64,000 bases of DNA from an uncultured Acidobacteriota bacterium. GTDB taxonomy: Bacteria > Acidobacteriota > UBA6911. Below, piece after piece: positions 9,906 to 20,828 of the stretch; within the stretch, counting starts at the first letter, position 1; each line of letters starts with the position of its first letter. The DNA lies in assembly GCA_963843575.1 (NCBI GenBank), contig CAWJKZ010000019.1, positions 352,001 to 416,000 of the forward strand, in the 5' to 3' direction. A program made the position numbers and the translations under genes. Below the pieces are notes generated by a model that saw only the letters and a program-made list of their open reading frames with translations, was not told where the DNA came from and did not search any database.

Positions 9906-11639
9906 ATGCGGACCCATCAGGTGCTGCTGTGGACTCTGCTGTTGTGCCCCTCCATGCTCGGCGCCGATCTCCCCGGCCGCTATTTCACGCTGCTCGACGC
10001 CGGCGCGGCGCAGGTGGAAAAGCGTCTTTCGGCCGAACCGGGCGCCGATCTCGCGGCGCTTGAGGTGCGCCCGGGTTGGCGCCATTTCCCATACGCCATT
10101 CTCGCGCCCGCGGTCCTGTTCGCGCAGCGGCACCCGCAGAACGCGCGTTACCGCGATCCCGCGCTCCTCGGACTCGCCGTGCGCATCGGGGATCTCCTGG
10201 CGAGCGAAAACGAAAAGGGCGTGTACGAGCCCCGGCTGGACAGCGACTGGGACACTTACATGTGGCTCGAGGCGTACCGCCTTCTCGAGCGGGACCTGGG
10301 GGCGGAACGGCGCGCGCGCTGGAGGCGCGAGATCGAAAAGAACGTGGCCCTGCTGGTGCCGGAGACCAAGGAGCGGCTCGATTTCCCGTGGTACCACTCC
10401 CCCTTCATCGGCACCTCGCCCAACCACTATGCCCAGTGGGCCTCCATCCTCCATTTTGCCGGGCGGGTGTTCGGCAACCGCGAATGGGAGCAGCTGGGCG
10501 CCGCCGTGCTGCGCCGGTTCGCCACCGTGGAACAGTCCCCCGACGGCTATTGGGGGGAGCACAACAACTCCGGTCCCACCCCGGGATACAACCACCTGAC
10601 GCTGACGGCGCTTGCCCTCTACTACGAGTACACACGCGATCCCGCCGTGCTGCCCGCGTTGCGCAGGGCGGCGGAGTTCCACATCAATTACACCTATCCC
10701 GACGGAACAACGGTGGAGCTCCTCAACGACAGAAACCGCTACTGGGGGGTCAGCGCGTGGGGACAGTTCGCCTTTACGAATTTCGCCGAGGGTCGACGCT
10801 ACGCGGAGTTCCTGACCGGTTTCTTCCGCCCCGACGACCTCCCGATGGACGTGCTGGGCAGGCTTGCGCAGGATGCCCTCTACTATCACGCGGGACCCGC
10901 GAAACCGATCCCGCAGGACCTCCCGCGTTACCGCCACCGGATGACGGTGCCTGCCGGGATCCGCAAGTCGGGGGCATGGACCGTCGCCCTGTCGGGGCTG
11001 ATGAGCACCCAGGCCGTCAACAACCAGTTCTATCTGGACCGGCAGTCGTGCCTGAGCGTGTTTCATCAGCAGCTCGGGCTGATCATCACGGGCGCGAACT
11101 CCAAGCGACAACCGGAACTGGCCACGTTCTCCGAACGCCTCCTGGGCCAGACGTTCCACCTGCCGGTGAGCACGCGCCTGCAGATGGACGAGAGTGTGGA
11201 CAGGCTCTCGCTCGCGTACAACACCTTCTTCAGCGACCTCTACATCCCGGTCCCCGCCGGGGACGAGCTGTCGTTCCGGTTCGCCATCACGGGAAAGGGG
11301 AGCCCGTCTCAGGATCCGCGCCTCACCCTTCAGCTTTGCCTCAAGCCGGGTGAGCGTCTTGAAACGGGTGCCGGGAAGGTCCTGACGGTCGGGCCCGAGC
11401 ACGTCGAGTTGTCCCCGGAAGACCTGGGCGGCTCGATCCGGCATCACGGCTGGACGCTCAAGACCGACGCTGCTGCCCGGCTGGTCTGGCCTGTCTTCCC
11501 GTTCAACCCGTACGCGAACGCACCGGAGAAGGACCTGAAACACGCGGTCGCCGCCCTGTGGGTCCCGCTGACGTTGAAGGACGGAAAGTACATCAGGCCC
11601 GGCGAGCAGGAAATCCGGTTCGCCCTACAGGCCCGCTGA
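9906..11639 (+). CDS. Secreted hypothetical protein (helical N-half, beta-rich C-half)
   Basis: Signal peptide, AAGGAG RBS, strong GC3 codon bias; no family recognised with certainty. Confidence 0.75.
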   Translation: MRTHQVLLWTLLLCPSMLGADLPGRYFTLLDAGAAQVEKRLSAEPGADLAALEVRPGWRHFPYAILAPAVLFAQRHPQNARYRDPALLGLAVRIGDLLASENEKGVYEPRLDSDWDTYMWLEAYRLLERDLGAERRARWRREIEKNVALLVPETKERLDFPWYHSPFIGTSPNHYAQWASILHFAGRVFGNREWEQLGAAVLRRFATVEQSPDGYWGEHNNSGPTPGYNHLTLTALALYYEYTRDPAVLPALRRAAEFHINYTYPDGTTVELLNDRNRYWGVSAWGQFAFTNFAEGRRYAEFLTGFFRPDDLPMDVLGRLAQDALYYHAGPAKPIPQDLPRYRHRMTVPAGIRKSGAWTVALSGLMSTQAVNNQFYLDRQSCLSVFHQQLGLIITGANSKRQPELATFSERLLGQTFHLPVSTRLQMDESVDRLSLAYNTFFSDLYIPVPAGDELSFRFAITGKGSPSQDPRLTLQLCLKPGERLETGAGKVLTVGPEHVELSPEDLGGSIRHHGWTLKTDAAARLVWPVFPFNPYANAPEKDLKHAVAALWVPLTLKDGKYIRPGEQEIRFALQAR

Positions 11640-11725
11640 TCGGGCAGTGGGCGGGGGCGGCCCGCCCCGGCCCCGGGGGGAACGAGGGATGAAGCGGGCC
11701 GCGTCGAGCCGCCGCGGCCCACGTG

Positions 11726-13516
11726 TCACCGCCCGAGCCCGAAGCGCGAGAGCAGGCCGTCGACCATGTCGGTAATCTTGAACTGTCCGAGCAGATCTTC
11801 GAGCCGGGACAGGCCTGTGGCGGCGGAGAAGCGGCGGAATAGGTCGGCCGCCTCGAATGCTCGGTGCACGCCGGCGATTTCAAAAAAATGCGGGCGGCCG
11901 AGGCGATAGAGGTCGGCGTCGAGACGTTTCCACGGCTCAAACTGCGGCGGTTCCTGGAGGGGCCAGATCTCGGCGCGCCCTCCGGCGGAGCCTTCGCGGT
12001 CGAGGATCGCGTTGGCTGCGCGGCGGCCGGCCTCGCAGGCACTCTCCATCGAGGCGATGTCGGTGTGGGTCCGCACGTAGTCGGAGGCGAAGCAGAGGTT
12101 GGGAACTGCGCTCGCGGCTTCCGGGCGCACTGCCCAAGAGCCTGGGGGATGGATCAGTAGACGCGAGCGGTTCACAGGCGGCGGGCCGGCCGAGTAATCG
12201 AGGTCGTCGTCCAGGTGCCAGGAGTGCAGCAGCTCGTCGGTGAGCGTCTGCTGGTCGGCGCGACGGCCGTTGAGGGCCGCCTTGAGCTGCCACCACACCT
12301 CGGCCTGGATCTCGTCCCTGGTGCAGTCGCGCGCCTTCTTGCGCACGCACGTCCCTTCCTTGTCCCATTCCGATATATCCACCGAGATCAGGCCGCCGAC
12401 GTCGCCCTTGCCGTAATGGCGACGGAACAGACCCACCGTCTCGGTCCAGAACTGCGGCTGCGAGATCGCCGTCAGCGCCCACGGCGAGTCCGGGAAAACG
12501 ATGTGGCCCCGCGCCAGCGGCACGTCCTCGTAGAGGTAGAACTGGATCCCGACCATCCAGGAGACGAGTTGGTCGATCCTGGCCGTGCGCAGGCGCTCGC
12601 ACTGGGGGTCGAGCGCCCCCAGGTCCGCCGACATGAGCTCCTGGGCGGCGTCGATGGGCACGGCCAGCACGTAATGGTCCCCTGCGACATGCAGCCCCCC
12701 CGCAAACCGGGCGCCCGCGACGCGGCCGCCGGCGGCCTCGAGGCCGGTGCAGGTCTCGCCCGGGTGGAAGCGCACGCCGAGTGCCCGCAAGTGCTCCGTC
12801 CACGGGTCGATCCACATCTCGCTGGTCGGACCGCCCATGGTGCGGTCGTTGGCGACGCCCGTGGCGGCAAAGTCGAGCAGCAGCTGCATCGACGTGACTC
12901 CGATGGTTCGGGCGTTGCCGTTGCGGGCGTCCATCGCGACGAGCATCCTGGGAATCCCGCTTGCCCGGCTCTGGCACCTCGCGGAGTACCCGTCGCCGCC
13001 CAGGAATTTCCACCACGACATGTGTTCGTACTCGCCGAGCCGCCGGTCGTCGGATGACGAAATGAACTGGAGGACCTTGAGGCCGAAAAGGCCGGCGTCG
13101 GCCTGGTCGAAGCCGAGTTGCTGAAACAGGAGCTGGGCCGCCTCGAGCAGTTCGTACGGTCGGACCAGGACGCGGCGGTGAAAGCGCGACCACGTGCCGC
13201 CGTCGATCAGTGCGACGGCAGCCTCGGTGCAGGGGCGCAGTCGGCCGTCGACGCGGCCGTCTGCGTGGCCGCCCACGGGCGTGCGCGCCATGGTGTCGAC
13301 GACGTGGCGGTAGAAACGCGGGTAGAAGCGAAAGCCGTGCTCGCCGGGGAGGTCGCGGCGGCCCCCCGTTCCAGTCTCGGGCACCGGCTGCGAGCGCGCC
13401 TTGCCGCCCCACGCGGCGAGCCTCTCGAAGACGTGGACCTCGAACCCGCGCTCGGCGAGTTCGTGCGCCGCGGTCAGGCCCCCGATCCCGCCGCCGATCA
13501 CGATCACCTTGGCCAT
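11726..13516 (-). CDS. FAD-dependent oxidoreductase (amine oxidase / carotene desaturase-like)
   Basis: GGGIGGLTAAHEL.ERG, GGKARS, EHGFRF, C-terminal DY..T...SMESA.E.GR.AAN. Confidence 0.85.
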   Translation of the reverse strand: MAKVIVIGGGIGGLTAAHELAERGFEVHVFERLAAWGGKARSQPVPETGTGGRRDLPGEHGFRFYPRFYRHVVDTMARTPVGGHADGRVDGRLRPCTEAAVALIDGGTWSRFHRRVLVRPYELLEAAQLLFQQLGFDQADAGLFGLKVLQFISSSDDRRLGEYEHMSWWKFLGGDGYSARCQSRASGIPRMLVAMDARNGNARTIGVTSMQLLLDFAATGVANDRTMGGPTSEMWIDPWTEHLRALGVRFHPGETCTGLEAAGGRVAGARFAGGLHVAGDHYVLAVPIDAAQELMSADLGALDPQCERLRTARIDQLVSWMVGIQFYLYEDVPLARGHIVFPDSPWALTAISQPQFWTETVGLFRRHYGKGDVGGLISVDISEWDKEGTCVRKKARDCTRDEIQAEVWWQLKAALNGRRADQQTLTDELLHSWHLDDDLDYSAGPPPVNRSRLLIHPPGSWAVRPEAASAVPNLCFASDYVRTHTDIASMESACEAGRRAANAILDREGSAGGRAEIWPLQEPPQFEPWKRLDADLYRLGRPHFFEIAGVHRAFEAADLFRRFSAATGLSRLEDLLGQFKITDMVDGLLSRFGLGR

Positions 13517-13554
13517 GTTCCCCTCCCGTTTCCGAAGGCGCGCCTCACTCGCCG

Positions 13555-15468
13555 TCAGACGGACCGGCCTCTTCCTTTGCGCCACATGAGGTCGACGGCC
13601 AGTGCCGCCATGAAGGCGGCGCCTGCGAGCCCGAGGGCCGCGGCCACCCAGCCGCCGAGGTGTTCCGAGGACGCCGAGAGCGCGCTCGCCAGTACGGCGA
13701 AGCCCCCCGTGAGTCCCAGCGCGAGCCGCCGGCCCGCGCGGCGCACCGTTTCTTCGAGCGACGAAGCGCGGAGGCTCATGTCCGGCTTCTGGCCCGGCCG
13801 CGCGCCGATCAGCCCCTCCAGGCCTTCCACGATGCGCATCGCCCGGAGCCTCGTTTTCTGGATTTGGTGAAAGATCGTTCTGACGTCGCTCCCGGCGACC
13901 ACCCTCCGCAGAAAGTCCCGCACGAGAAAGCGCCCGGCGACATCGAACGCGTCAAGCTCGGGATCGAGCTGCGCGGCCGAAAGCTGCATCTGAGCGAGCG
14001 CCTTCGCGGTGAGGGCGAGCGAAGCCGGCAGCGGCACGCGGTGGCGGTACGACACGTTGATCATCTCCTGCATTACCGGGCCGAGCTGGATTTTTCCCGC
14101 GGACACGCCGCGGTACTTATCGAGCAGCTGACGAAGTTCTTGCGCGAACCCTAAGTACGTGCGATGTGTCACCTGCCAAAGCATCAAGGTACTTCGGTCA
14201 GGAGTCGGCGTCCGCTGCCAGAGGCGATCCCAACAGGGTCATCACCTCGCGAAGCCCTGGTCGACCTCCCGACCGTGCGAGATCCAGGAGTTGAGACGCT
14301 CCTCGGCAGGCTGCCACATGAGGTTGCCGGGGTGGGGATTTGTTTGAAAGAACCGGACGACCAGGATCTGCTTGCAGAAGGACTCGATCGGCTGCCTCGG
14401 ACCTCGCTCCGGAGCTCCCGCCGGGATTGCGTCGACGGGCCGCCTCATACGTCCTGCATGACGAGCAGACGGGAGGTGGAAAAGTCCGTGTAGACCGCGG
14501 GAACCGCCAGACGCGGGAAGTCGGCGAGCGCGCCGCGCAGGCGTTCGGCGTTGCCGGCCTCCAGCCGGAAATCGCGCTCTTGAGCAGGGACGTCGACGGT
14601 GGCTTGAACACGGCCGGCAAGTCGATCCGGTCCCGCGCCTCGACCTTCCTGGCGAAAAATTCGAGCAGGGCGAGGTCCTGCCTGTTCAGCGTGTTCGCCT
14701 CGGGGCGCTGGATCTTGACCGCAACCATTTCTCCGCTCGCAGGAGGGCCGGTGCACGTGGGCGATCGTCCAGGTAATCCTCGACACCAGGTAGAGCGTTT
14801 TGAGCGTAGTTTCACGGGACGCCCAAGTCGCCGCCATGATGCGGATCGCGCGGTCCGCGGAGTTGCGCGACCCGGTCGTACTGGGCGAGTGCGGGATGAA
14901 CTCGGGTGGGAGCAGGTCCGGGCGAGTCGAGAGGAGGTGTGTTCTCGGCAATAGTGGGGCCGACCACTTCGAGCGCGGATCGAGGCGCTGGCGCCGGGGC
15001 GCCGTTGCACTCCCAGATCGGTTTCGGGAACCCGTCCGCGCCCGTACCGGTGAAAAAACGGCCTCTGCGCAGGATATCCGGCAGGCGGCGGCCGCCCGAG
15101 CGCCCGCGGGACCCCGAGGACCAGCTCCTGGGGAGGCGGCTTCATCTCCTCGGCAGCGTGGTGCTCCACGTGGCCGAGCGTAGTGGGTGCGCTGGGAATC
15201 CCGGGCAGGAACGGCGTGCGGCTTTCCATCCCGGCGTGTCGAGCCAGGAAGCGTCGACTCCGTCCTCCTCGGCCGCGCGCACGATCGCCATGGCGGGATC
15301 GTGGTCGACGACGACCCTGCCGCGCCCGCGTTCTCCCGCAATCGAGCGCACGTGCCGGAGGAGATCGTCGGTGCCGGCCGCCGCCTGGGTCTCGGCTGTC
15401 CTGGTAGATGGGGGGATCACTGGACCACGTGTAGGTAGGCACGAAGCGATCGGAAGCTCGCCGCCCAT
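13555..15468 (-). pseudogene. Degraded universal stress protein (USP) - ABC1/AarF/UbiB kinase fusion
   Basis: Fragments in different frames: DPAMAIVRAAEEDGVD (USP), TRPDLLPPEF, VAVKIQRP..QDLALL, LEAGNAERLR..LAVPAVY..STSRLLVMQ, FFQTNPHPGNL; intact C-terminal TM part at 13555-14150. Confidence 0.75.
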
Positions 15469-15504
15469 CGGACCGCAGGCTCGGCCGTCTCCGACCGGTC
15501 AGTC

Positions 15505-15800
15505 CTCGTACACGTCGGGGTAGAAAACCTGGGCCGCGAGCGCTTCCCAGCCGCCGGTCGAGCCGCCGTACATGAAGCGGGCCCACCCTTGGCCGATGGC
15601 GCGGAAACGTCTTCTCGATATAGGGAATCAGCTCGTAGGTGATGGCGTCGCCGTAGGGCCCGAGGTTGGCCGAGTTCACGGCATAGGAGTCGTCGTAATA
15701 CGGATTGGCATGCTGGATTTCCACGATCAGCATGCGGGGGAAGCCGGGACCGGTCGAGTCCTTGGAGAACTCGTCGGCCGCTCTGCTCGAGCGGTTGTAT
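15505..15800 (-). pseudogene. Internal fragment of an alpha/beta-hydrolase (putative esterase)
   Basis: HANPYYDDSYAVNSANLGPYGDAITYELIPYIEK, frameshift, then GGSTGGWEALAAQVFYPD (GxSxG elbow). Confidence 0.7.
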
Positions 15801-16533
15801 CCCGCGACGGTGGAAACGCCGTCGCTGATCGGGCGTCAGTGGGAGGCGGTCGCCGTCGCGGCAGGCCTCTAAATCGGCGGCGCAAGACCGGTGGTCTGAT
15901 CCAGAGTACCGGTTTCCGCGAGATCGTCGACAGCTTTCGGGGCACTTCGCCCAGAGAATGCGCGTCCCGCTGCTCTGCCGCTCACCTTCCGAGGATATGC
16001 CACCGGAGGCTGTTTGACGTACCGCCTCCCGCGGTCGGTGATATCGAAGCGATAACGCGGTCCGACGTGGCCTCCCCGGCACTCGTCAGATCCGACCTTG
16101 CAGGCTGGGGGCTGCCCTACAGTTTCTTGCGTGCGACGCCGACGTGCCGGACCATCGGCAGTTTTAAGCGGGCCGCGCGCGAGGCGCGGCCGATCGCCTG
16201 CTCGTCGCCGCCCCGATGGGGGCAGGGCGGAGGAATGCTGAGCAAGGAAACCTTCATCCGACCCCTTCCAGAGCTTTCCGGGAGCGCACCAGGCCGTCGA
16301 TGACGGCCGCTTGTCGCGGCTGCCGGGTCGTCCGGGATCCCGGGCCGGAGATGCTCGTCCGCTGAAATCGATAATCGGCACCGTTCGTCGAGCGGCTCCG
16401 GCCGCTCATTGAGGGCGCGCAGCGGATGTCGTAAGTGACGGCTGCCGGCGGGCGGGCATCTCCGGTGTGGCCGCTCCTCGACAGTGTCACAACATCGCCT
16501 GCGTCGGGGCGACCTCGCACTGCCGATCGAGCG

Positions 16534-16699
16534 TCGCGCCAAAAGGTGAACTCATCGGTGCGCGATCCCTGTCCTGATGTTCACAAATACGCCAACCCAT
16601 ATTTTCAGGACGCGGATGCTCGCGGATCCCCACGGATCGACTTGGCGACAGGCGGCGGTCGATCCGCGTGTCCGTGGATCCGCGGAATCTGCGTTCTGT
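16534..16699. repeat. Repeat family C (CAGGACGCGGAT...ATCCGCG) composite element
   Basis: Near reverse complement of 28843-28966; left part matches the 27294 palindrome. Confidence 0.75.
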
Positions 16700-16762
16700 T
16701 TTGGCTTTTGTTTTTCATAAGCGCACGCCATGGTTTTGAGGCGATTCGATGGCTTCGGGGTC

Positions 16763-17008
16763 CTAGTACCTCCAGCTCTTGGGGTCCGCGCCGGGCGGAG
16801 CGCTCTTGAGTATGCGATCGACGATCTTGGGGGCATGCATCTGATGGTACCGCAGCCTCGAGATGGCATTCGGGAGGGTGTGGTCGCCGTTCCAGCAGTG
16901 TTCTGCGCGGTCTCCGTAGTCCACTTCTCCCTCGTAGGGAGGGTCGGTCGTGCGCTTCAGGAAATCCTCGACCAGGTAGACGGCGTTGTTGAGGTAGTAG
17001 TAGTCCAT
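16763..17008 (-). pseudogene. C-terminal fragment of a putative esterase
   Basis: MDYYYLNNAVYLVEDFL..EHCWNGD..APPGAD..SWRY resembles the C-terminus of the family seen at 15505-15800; no N-terminus present. Confidence 0.6.
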
Positions 17009-17083
17009 GTCGCGGACATAGGTGTGTACTGCGGGGTTGACGGAAGCGTTGGGGCCGCGTCGAGCCGCCGCGGCCCACGTCTT

Positions 17084-19498
17084 TTACCGGTCCACGCTGC
17101 GGGGGCGGGTGACGCCGACGTCGTAGTCCACGCCCTCCCATTGATGCCGGGCTCTCCACCGGAACGTGAACCGCACCGGGGCGCGCTGGGTCCGCGGGAC
17201 GGCGATGTCCGCGAACTCGATGCCGAGCGCGGTCGGGGAAGATGCCGAGTCGTTGACCGTCGTCCAGTCGTCGAGCGACCAGCGCAACGTGAACGCCTCG
17301 ACCGCCTGCACGCGCAAAACCATCCCCGGCTCCACCCAGCGCGGCCGCCGGCTGGACTTCCATATCTCGAGCCCGCGGCCCCGGGAGCCGTCACGGTAGC
17401 GCGCGGCCACCTCGGGGATGAAGTCGAACACGCGCCCGTCGTGGACCGAACGGAGCAGCTTGATGTACTCCGCGTGCGCCCACGTCAACGGCATCGCCGC
17501 CGTGGTGGGCCGGCCCAGGAACATGTGATGTTCCGGCCGGTCGGGTTCGTCCCAGACCTGTTCGGGAAGCAGACCGGTGTCGGAAGCGAACTTCTCCATC
17601 GCTTCCACATAGGCTGCGACGTCGCGTCCTGCGGCGAGTTCGTAATGGGCCCTCTCCCCGGTCAGCAGCGGCCACGCCCGGCCCTTCCCCCAACCCACAT
17701 ACGGGGCGCCGTCGTCGCCCTGCCCGTAGCCGTCGTGATTGTAGCGGTGCCAGCATGGGCCGAACGGGGTTTCGACCCTCAACACCGCATCCACGACGCG
17801 CAGGGAATCGACGATCAGGGGGTCATCGGCCTTCCTGATCCCGTAACGGACCAGTTCGAGGAAGCCGGGGTCCACGATCTCGCTGGCCCGAAACCGGTAC
17901 TGCTCGCCCGGAGGGCGGTTGGCAAGCGTCAGCCAACCCTCGTCGGGATCCTCGTTGGGATAGGGATCGTCGACGTCGAGCGGCAGGATCCGGATGAAGT
18001 GTCTCCGGATGCCCGGGACCAGGCTCCCGCGCTCCGTCGCCATCCAGCGTTCGATGCGGCTCTCCAGAAAATCCGCGTAATCTTCGAGGAACTGAGCGGT
18101 CGGGGCGTCCTGCCTCTCGCGGAAGAAACACGCCGCGCACACCAGCGCCGCGATGCAGGCCGCCATGGTGGACGGGGAGTAGCCGCTCGCCTCCTCCCAC
18201 CGCTCCTGGTCGGTCGCCGGACCGTGCCGCACGAGGTACCCCGCCGCCCGTTGCACCAGCACGAACGGGTCGAAGTTCTCCAGGGCGTCCTCCTGTTTGA
18301 GGCGCCACGCGAGCAGAATCGGGTAGGCGACCTCGTCCAGCTGAATGCCGCCCCAGTACTTTCTGCCGTCCACCCAGAAGTTCTGCGGCAGCCTGCCGTC
18401 CGCGGGCTGGCCCGCCGCCAGGTAGATGAGCGCGCGCAACGGCGTCGACTTGTTGCCCGCGGCGAGCAGCCCCATCGCCGTGTTGACCAGGTCGCGCGTC
18501 CACACGAGGTGGTACCCCCCCTGGTCCTCGTCCCTCTTCGCCTCCCCCCACGGGATCGAGAGCGAGGCGATGAATGCCCCGGGATACGTCTTGTCTTCGT
18601 GCGCGAGCAGCACGCTGTAGCTGCCGTGATAGAGCTTGCCGCCGTCCTGCGAGCTCTCCTTGAGCGGCAGCATCCGGCGCGAGGCGCGGCTCCATTGTTC
18701 CTGGAAGCGGCGGTGATGCTGCTCGAACGGAATCGCGAGCGACTGCAGCAGTGCCGTGACGGCACTCGACAGGCTGTCGCCGAAGGCCAGCCCAAGGGTG
18801 AATTCGCCCCCGCTCTCAGGGACCACTTCGGCCGTAAGGGCGATGTTCCCGTCGGGTGCCTGATCGAACTCCCAGTCCATCCGGTAGTCGCCGGCCAGGT
18901 CGGTCCACCCGTCGCTCCGGCCGACATACCCGCACGAAAGCTTCGAGAACGGCACGCTGGCGGCGACGGCAAGCCACGTGCCGGCCTTTTCGGCAGCCAG
19001 CACCGGGCGCCCGCCAACGTCCATGACGAATCCGTTGTTGCCCCACCCGCCCGTTTCCAGGTGCGGCGCACAGAGGACATAGAATCGCAGGCGTCCGAGC
19101 GTGTCGGGGTTGCCGTTGATCCTGGTGTGCTGCAGCAGACAGGGAAAGTGCGGGTGAGTGATCACATCCTTGACGATTTCGTATTGCCCGCCCGGGTCCG
19201 AGTTCGTGATCCTGAAACAGAGCGCATGGTCCGACGATCGGTCGACCCGATGGGTCAGGTGCCGCTTCTCCTCGTGAAAGAAAGTCTCGCCGTCCGTGAT
19301 CAGGTACTGCAGATCACGGATCTGCGGCCGGTCCACCGTCGGGTAGAACACTTCGGTGACGACGCCGTGGAAAATCGTGAACCAGACCCTGCTGTCCCCA
19401 GAATACGCCGTGCCGACGCCGTCCTTGTTCCCGTGCGTCCACCTCGGCTCGATCCCCGGCTTGCCGAAAGCAAACCGGTTCCCGCGTATTTCCGCCAT
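17084..19498 (-). CDS. GH15 glucoamylase / glucodextranase
   Basis: Glucodextranase-N domain, GAFIASLSIPWG, GGYHLVW.RD, QERWEE, GRAWPLLTGERAHYEL, LLPEQVWD, MPL.WAHAEY. Confidence 0.95.
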   Translation of the reverse strand: MAEIRGNRFAFGKPGIEPRWTHGNKDGVGTAYSGDSRVWFTIFHGVVTEVFYPTVDRPQIRDLQYLITDGETFFHEEKRHLTHRVDRSSDHALCFRITNSDPGGQYEIVKDVITHPHFPCLLQHTRINGNPDTLGRLRFYVLCAPHLETGGWGNNGFVMDVGGRPVLAAEKAGTWLAVAASVPFSKLSCGYVGRSDGWTDLAGDYRMDWEFDQAPDGNIALTAEVVPESGGEFTLGLAFGDSLSSAVTALLQSLAIPFEQHHRRFQEQWSRASRRMLPLKESSQDGGKLYHGSYSVLLAHEDKTYPGAFIASLSIPWGEAKRDEDQGGYHLVWTRDLVNTAMGLLAAGNKSTPLRALIYLAAGQPADGRLPQNFWVDGRKYWGGIQLDEVAYPILLAWRLKQEDALENFDPFVLVQRAAGYLVRHGPATDQERWEEASGYSPSTMAACIAALVCAACFFRERQDAPTAQFLEDYADFLESRIERWMATERGSLVPGIRRHFIRILPLDVDDPYPNEDPDEGWLTLANRPPGEQYRFRASEIVDPGFLELVRYGIRKADDPLIVDSLRVVDAVLRVETPFGPCWHRYNHDGYGQGDDGAPYVGWGKGRAWPLLTGERAHYELAAGRDVAAYVEAMEKFASDTGLLPEQVWDEPDRPEHHMFLGRPTTAAMPLTWAHAEYIKLLRSVHDGRVFDFIPEVAARYRDGSRGRGLEIWKSSRRPRWVEPGMVLRVQAVEAFTLRWSLDDWTTVNDSASSPTALGIEFADIAVPRTQRAPVRFTFRWRARHQWEGVDYDVGVTRPRSVDR

Positions 19499-19525
19499 GG
19501 GGAATATCTTATCGCGTAGGTCAAT

Positions 19526-19556
19526 ATCCGCGTGCACCCGCGAAAATCCGCGTCCC
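19526..19556. repeat. Repeat family C half-copy
   Basis: ATCCGCGTGCACCCGCGAAAATCCGCGTCCC. Confidence 0.6.
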
Positions 19557-19576
19557 ACTTAGAATAAAAATCATGC

Positions 19577-19615
19577 TTGACAGTATGAAATCATGGTGAT
19601 ATCACAATGATAACA
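19577..19615 (+). promoter_or_regulatory. Sigma70 promoter overlapped by three TGAWAWCA boxes
   Basis: TTGACA (19577) - 17 bp - TATCAC; TGAAATCA 19586, TGATATCA 19597, TGATAACA 19608 at exact 11-bp spacing. Confidence 0.7.
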
Positions 19616-19631
19616 AACCGGAGGAACGGCG

Positions 19632-20501
19632 ATGCTGAGCGAAAAGGTGATCAGGGGCGTTTCGGGTTGGCTGATGGTGTTCGTGCTTTTGGCCGCGATG
19701 ATGGCGTCGGTCTGGTGGCTGGTTTCGTCGATTCGGGCGGAAGCACCGGTCCCGGTGGTCGCGTCGATCCTTCTGCTGTTGGTCGAAGGGGTCTGCTGGG
19801 CCGGGTTGACGGTGGTCAACCCGAACGAAGCCAAGGTGGTTCAGCTGTTCGGCGTCTATCGCGGGTCCATCAAGGAGCAGGGCTTCTGGTGGGTCAACCC
19901 GCTGACCTCGAGGCGCACGGTGTCGTTGCGCGTGAGGAACTTCGAGAGTTCCCACCTCAAGGTCAACGACCACGACGGGAATCCGATCGAAATCGCCGCG
20001 GTGGTCGTGTGGCGCGTGGTCGAGACGGCGGAGGCGGTTTTCCACGTGGATGACTACGAACACTTCGTCCACGTGCAGAGCGAATCTGCGTTGCGGAACC
20101 TGGCGACCAGCTATTCCTACGACGCGCACGAGGAGGGGCAGCTGTCGCTGCGGATGTCGGCGGGCGAGATCGCGCATCGTCTGCGGGAAGAGATCCAGGA
20201 GCGGCTGACCAAGGCCGGGGTGGAGGTGATCGAGGCCCGGATCAGCCACCTCGCGTATGCGCCGGAGATCGCGAACGCGATGCTGCGCCGGCAGCAGGCG
20301 AGTGCGATCATCGCGGCCCGCCAGAAGATCGTGGAAGGGGCGGTGGGGATGGTGGAGATGGCGCTGGACCTGCTGAACGCGAAGAACGTGGTTCATCTGG
20401 ATGAGGAGCGGAAGGCTGCGATGGTAAGCAACCTCCTCGTCGTGCTCTGCAGCGACCGGGATGCCCAGCCCGTGGTCAACACGGGGACGCTCTATCAGTA
20501 G
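19632..20501 (+). CDS. SPFH/band 7 domain membrane protein
   Basis: Two TMs; [46 protein letters not shown]. Confidence 0.95.
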   Translation: MLSEKVIRGVSGWLMVFVLLAAMMASVWWLVSSIRAEAPVPVVASILLLLVEGVCWAGLTVVNPNEAKVVQLFGVYRGSIKEQGFWWVNPLTSRRTVSLRVRNFESSHLKVNDHDGNPIEIAAVVVWRVVETAEAVFHVDDYEHFVHVQSESALRNLATSYSYDAHEEGQLSLRMSAGEIAHRLREEIQERLTKAGVEVIEARISHLAYAPEIANAMLRRQQASAIIAARQKIVEGAVGMVEMALDLLNAKNVVHLDEERKAAMVSNLLVVLCSDRDAQPVVNTGTLYQ

Positions 20502-20542
20502 TCGTCGGCGACGGCCGGGGCTGCAGTCGAGGTGAGGTAAGC

Positions 20543-20764
20543 ATGGCCGAGAGGAAGCCCTTCCTGTTGCGCCTGTCGCCCGAGACGCACGAAGCTCTCC
20601 AGCGGTGGGCGGACTCGGAACTGCGCAGCCTGAATGCTCAGATCGAGTTCCTGCTGCGGCGCGCGCTCCAGGAGGCGGGACGCCTGCCGGGCGGGGAGCC
20701 GCGGGATGACGCGGGCCGGGGGGCGGGGAAGGGCGGATCGCCCGGAAGGTCCGGGCGCAGGTAG
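20543..20764 (+). CDS. Arc-like ribbon-helix-helix DNA-binding protein
   Basis: RKPFLLRL.PE..EAL.RWA..ELRSLNAQIEFLL. Confidence 0.9.
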   Translation: MAERKPFLLRLSPETHEALQRWADSELRSLNAQIEFLLRRALQEAGRLPGGEPRDDAGRGAGKGGSPGRSGRR

Positions 20765-20828
20765 GGCGGATACGACGGGCTTCAGAGGAGCCGCCCGTGG
20801 AGCGGCCACAATCTGCGGAGAGTTGAGC

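Noticed and set aside
15800-16530. ORFs in this interval
   Set aside because: No recognisable protein or codon bias; likely decayed sequence
20543-20764. Antitoxin of a toxin-antitoxin pair
   Set aside because: No toxin-like neighbour; context fits an SPFH operon regulator
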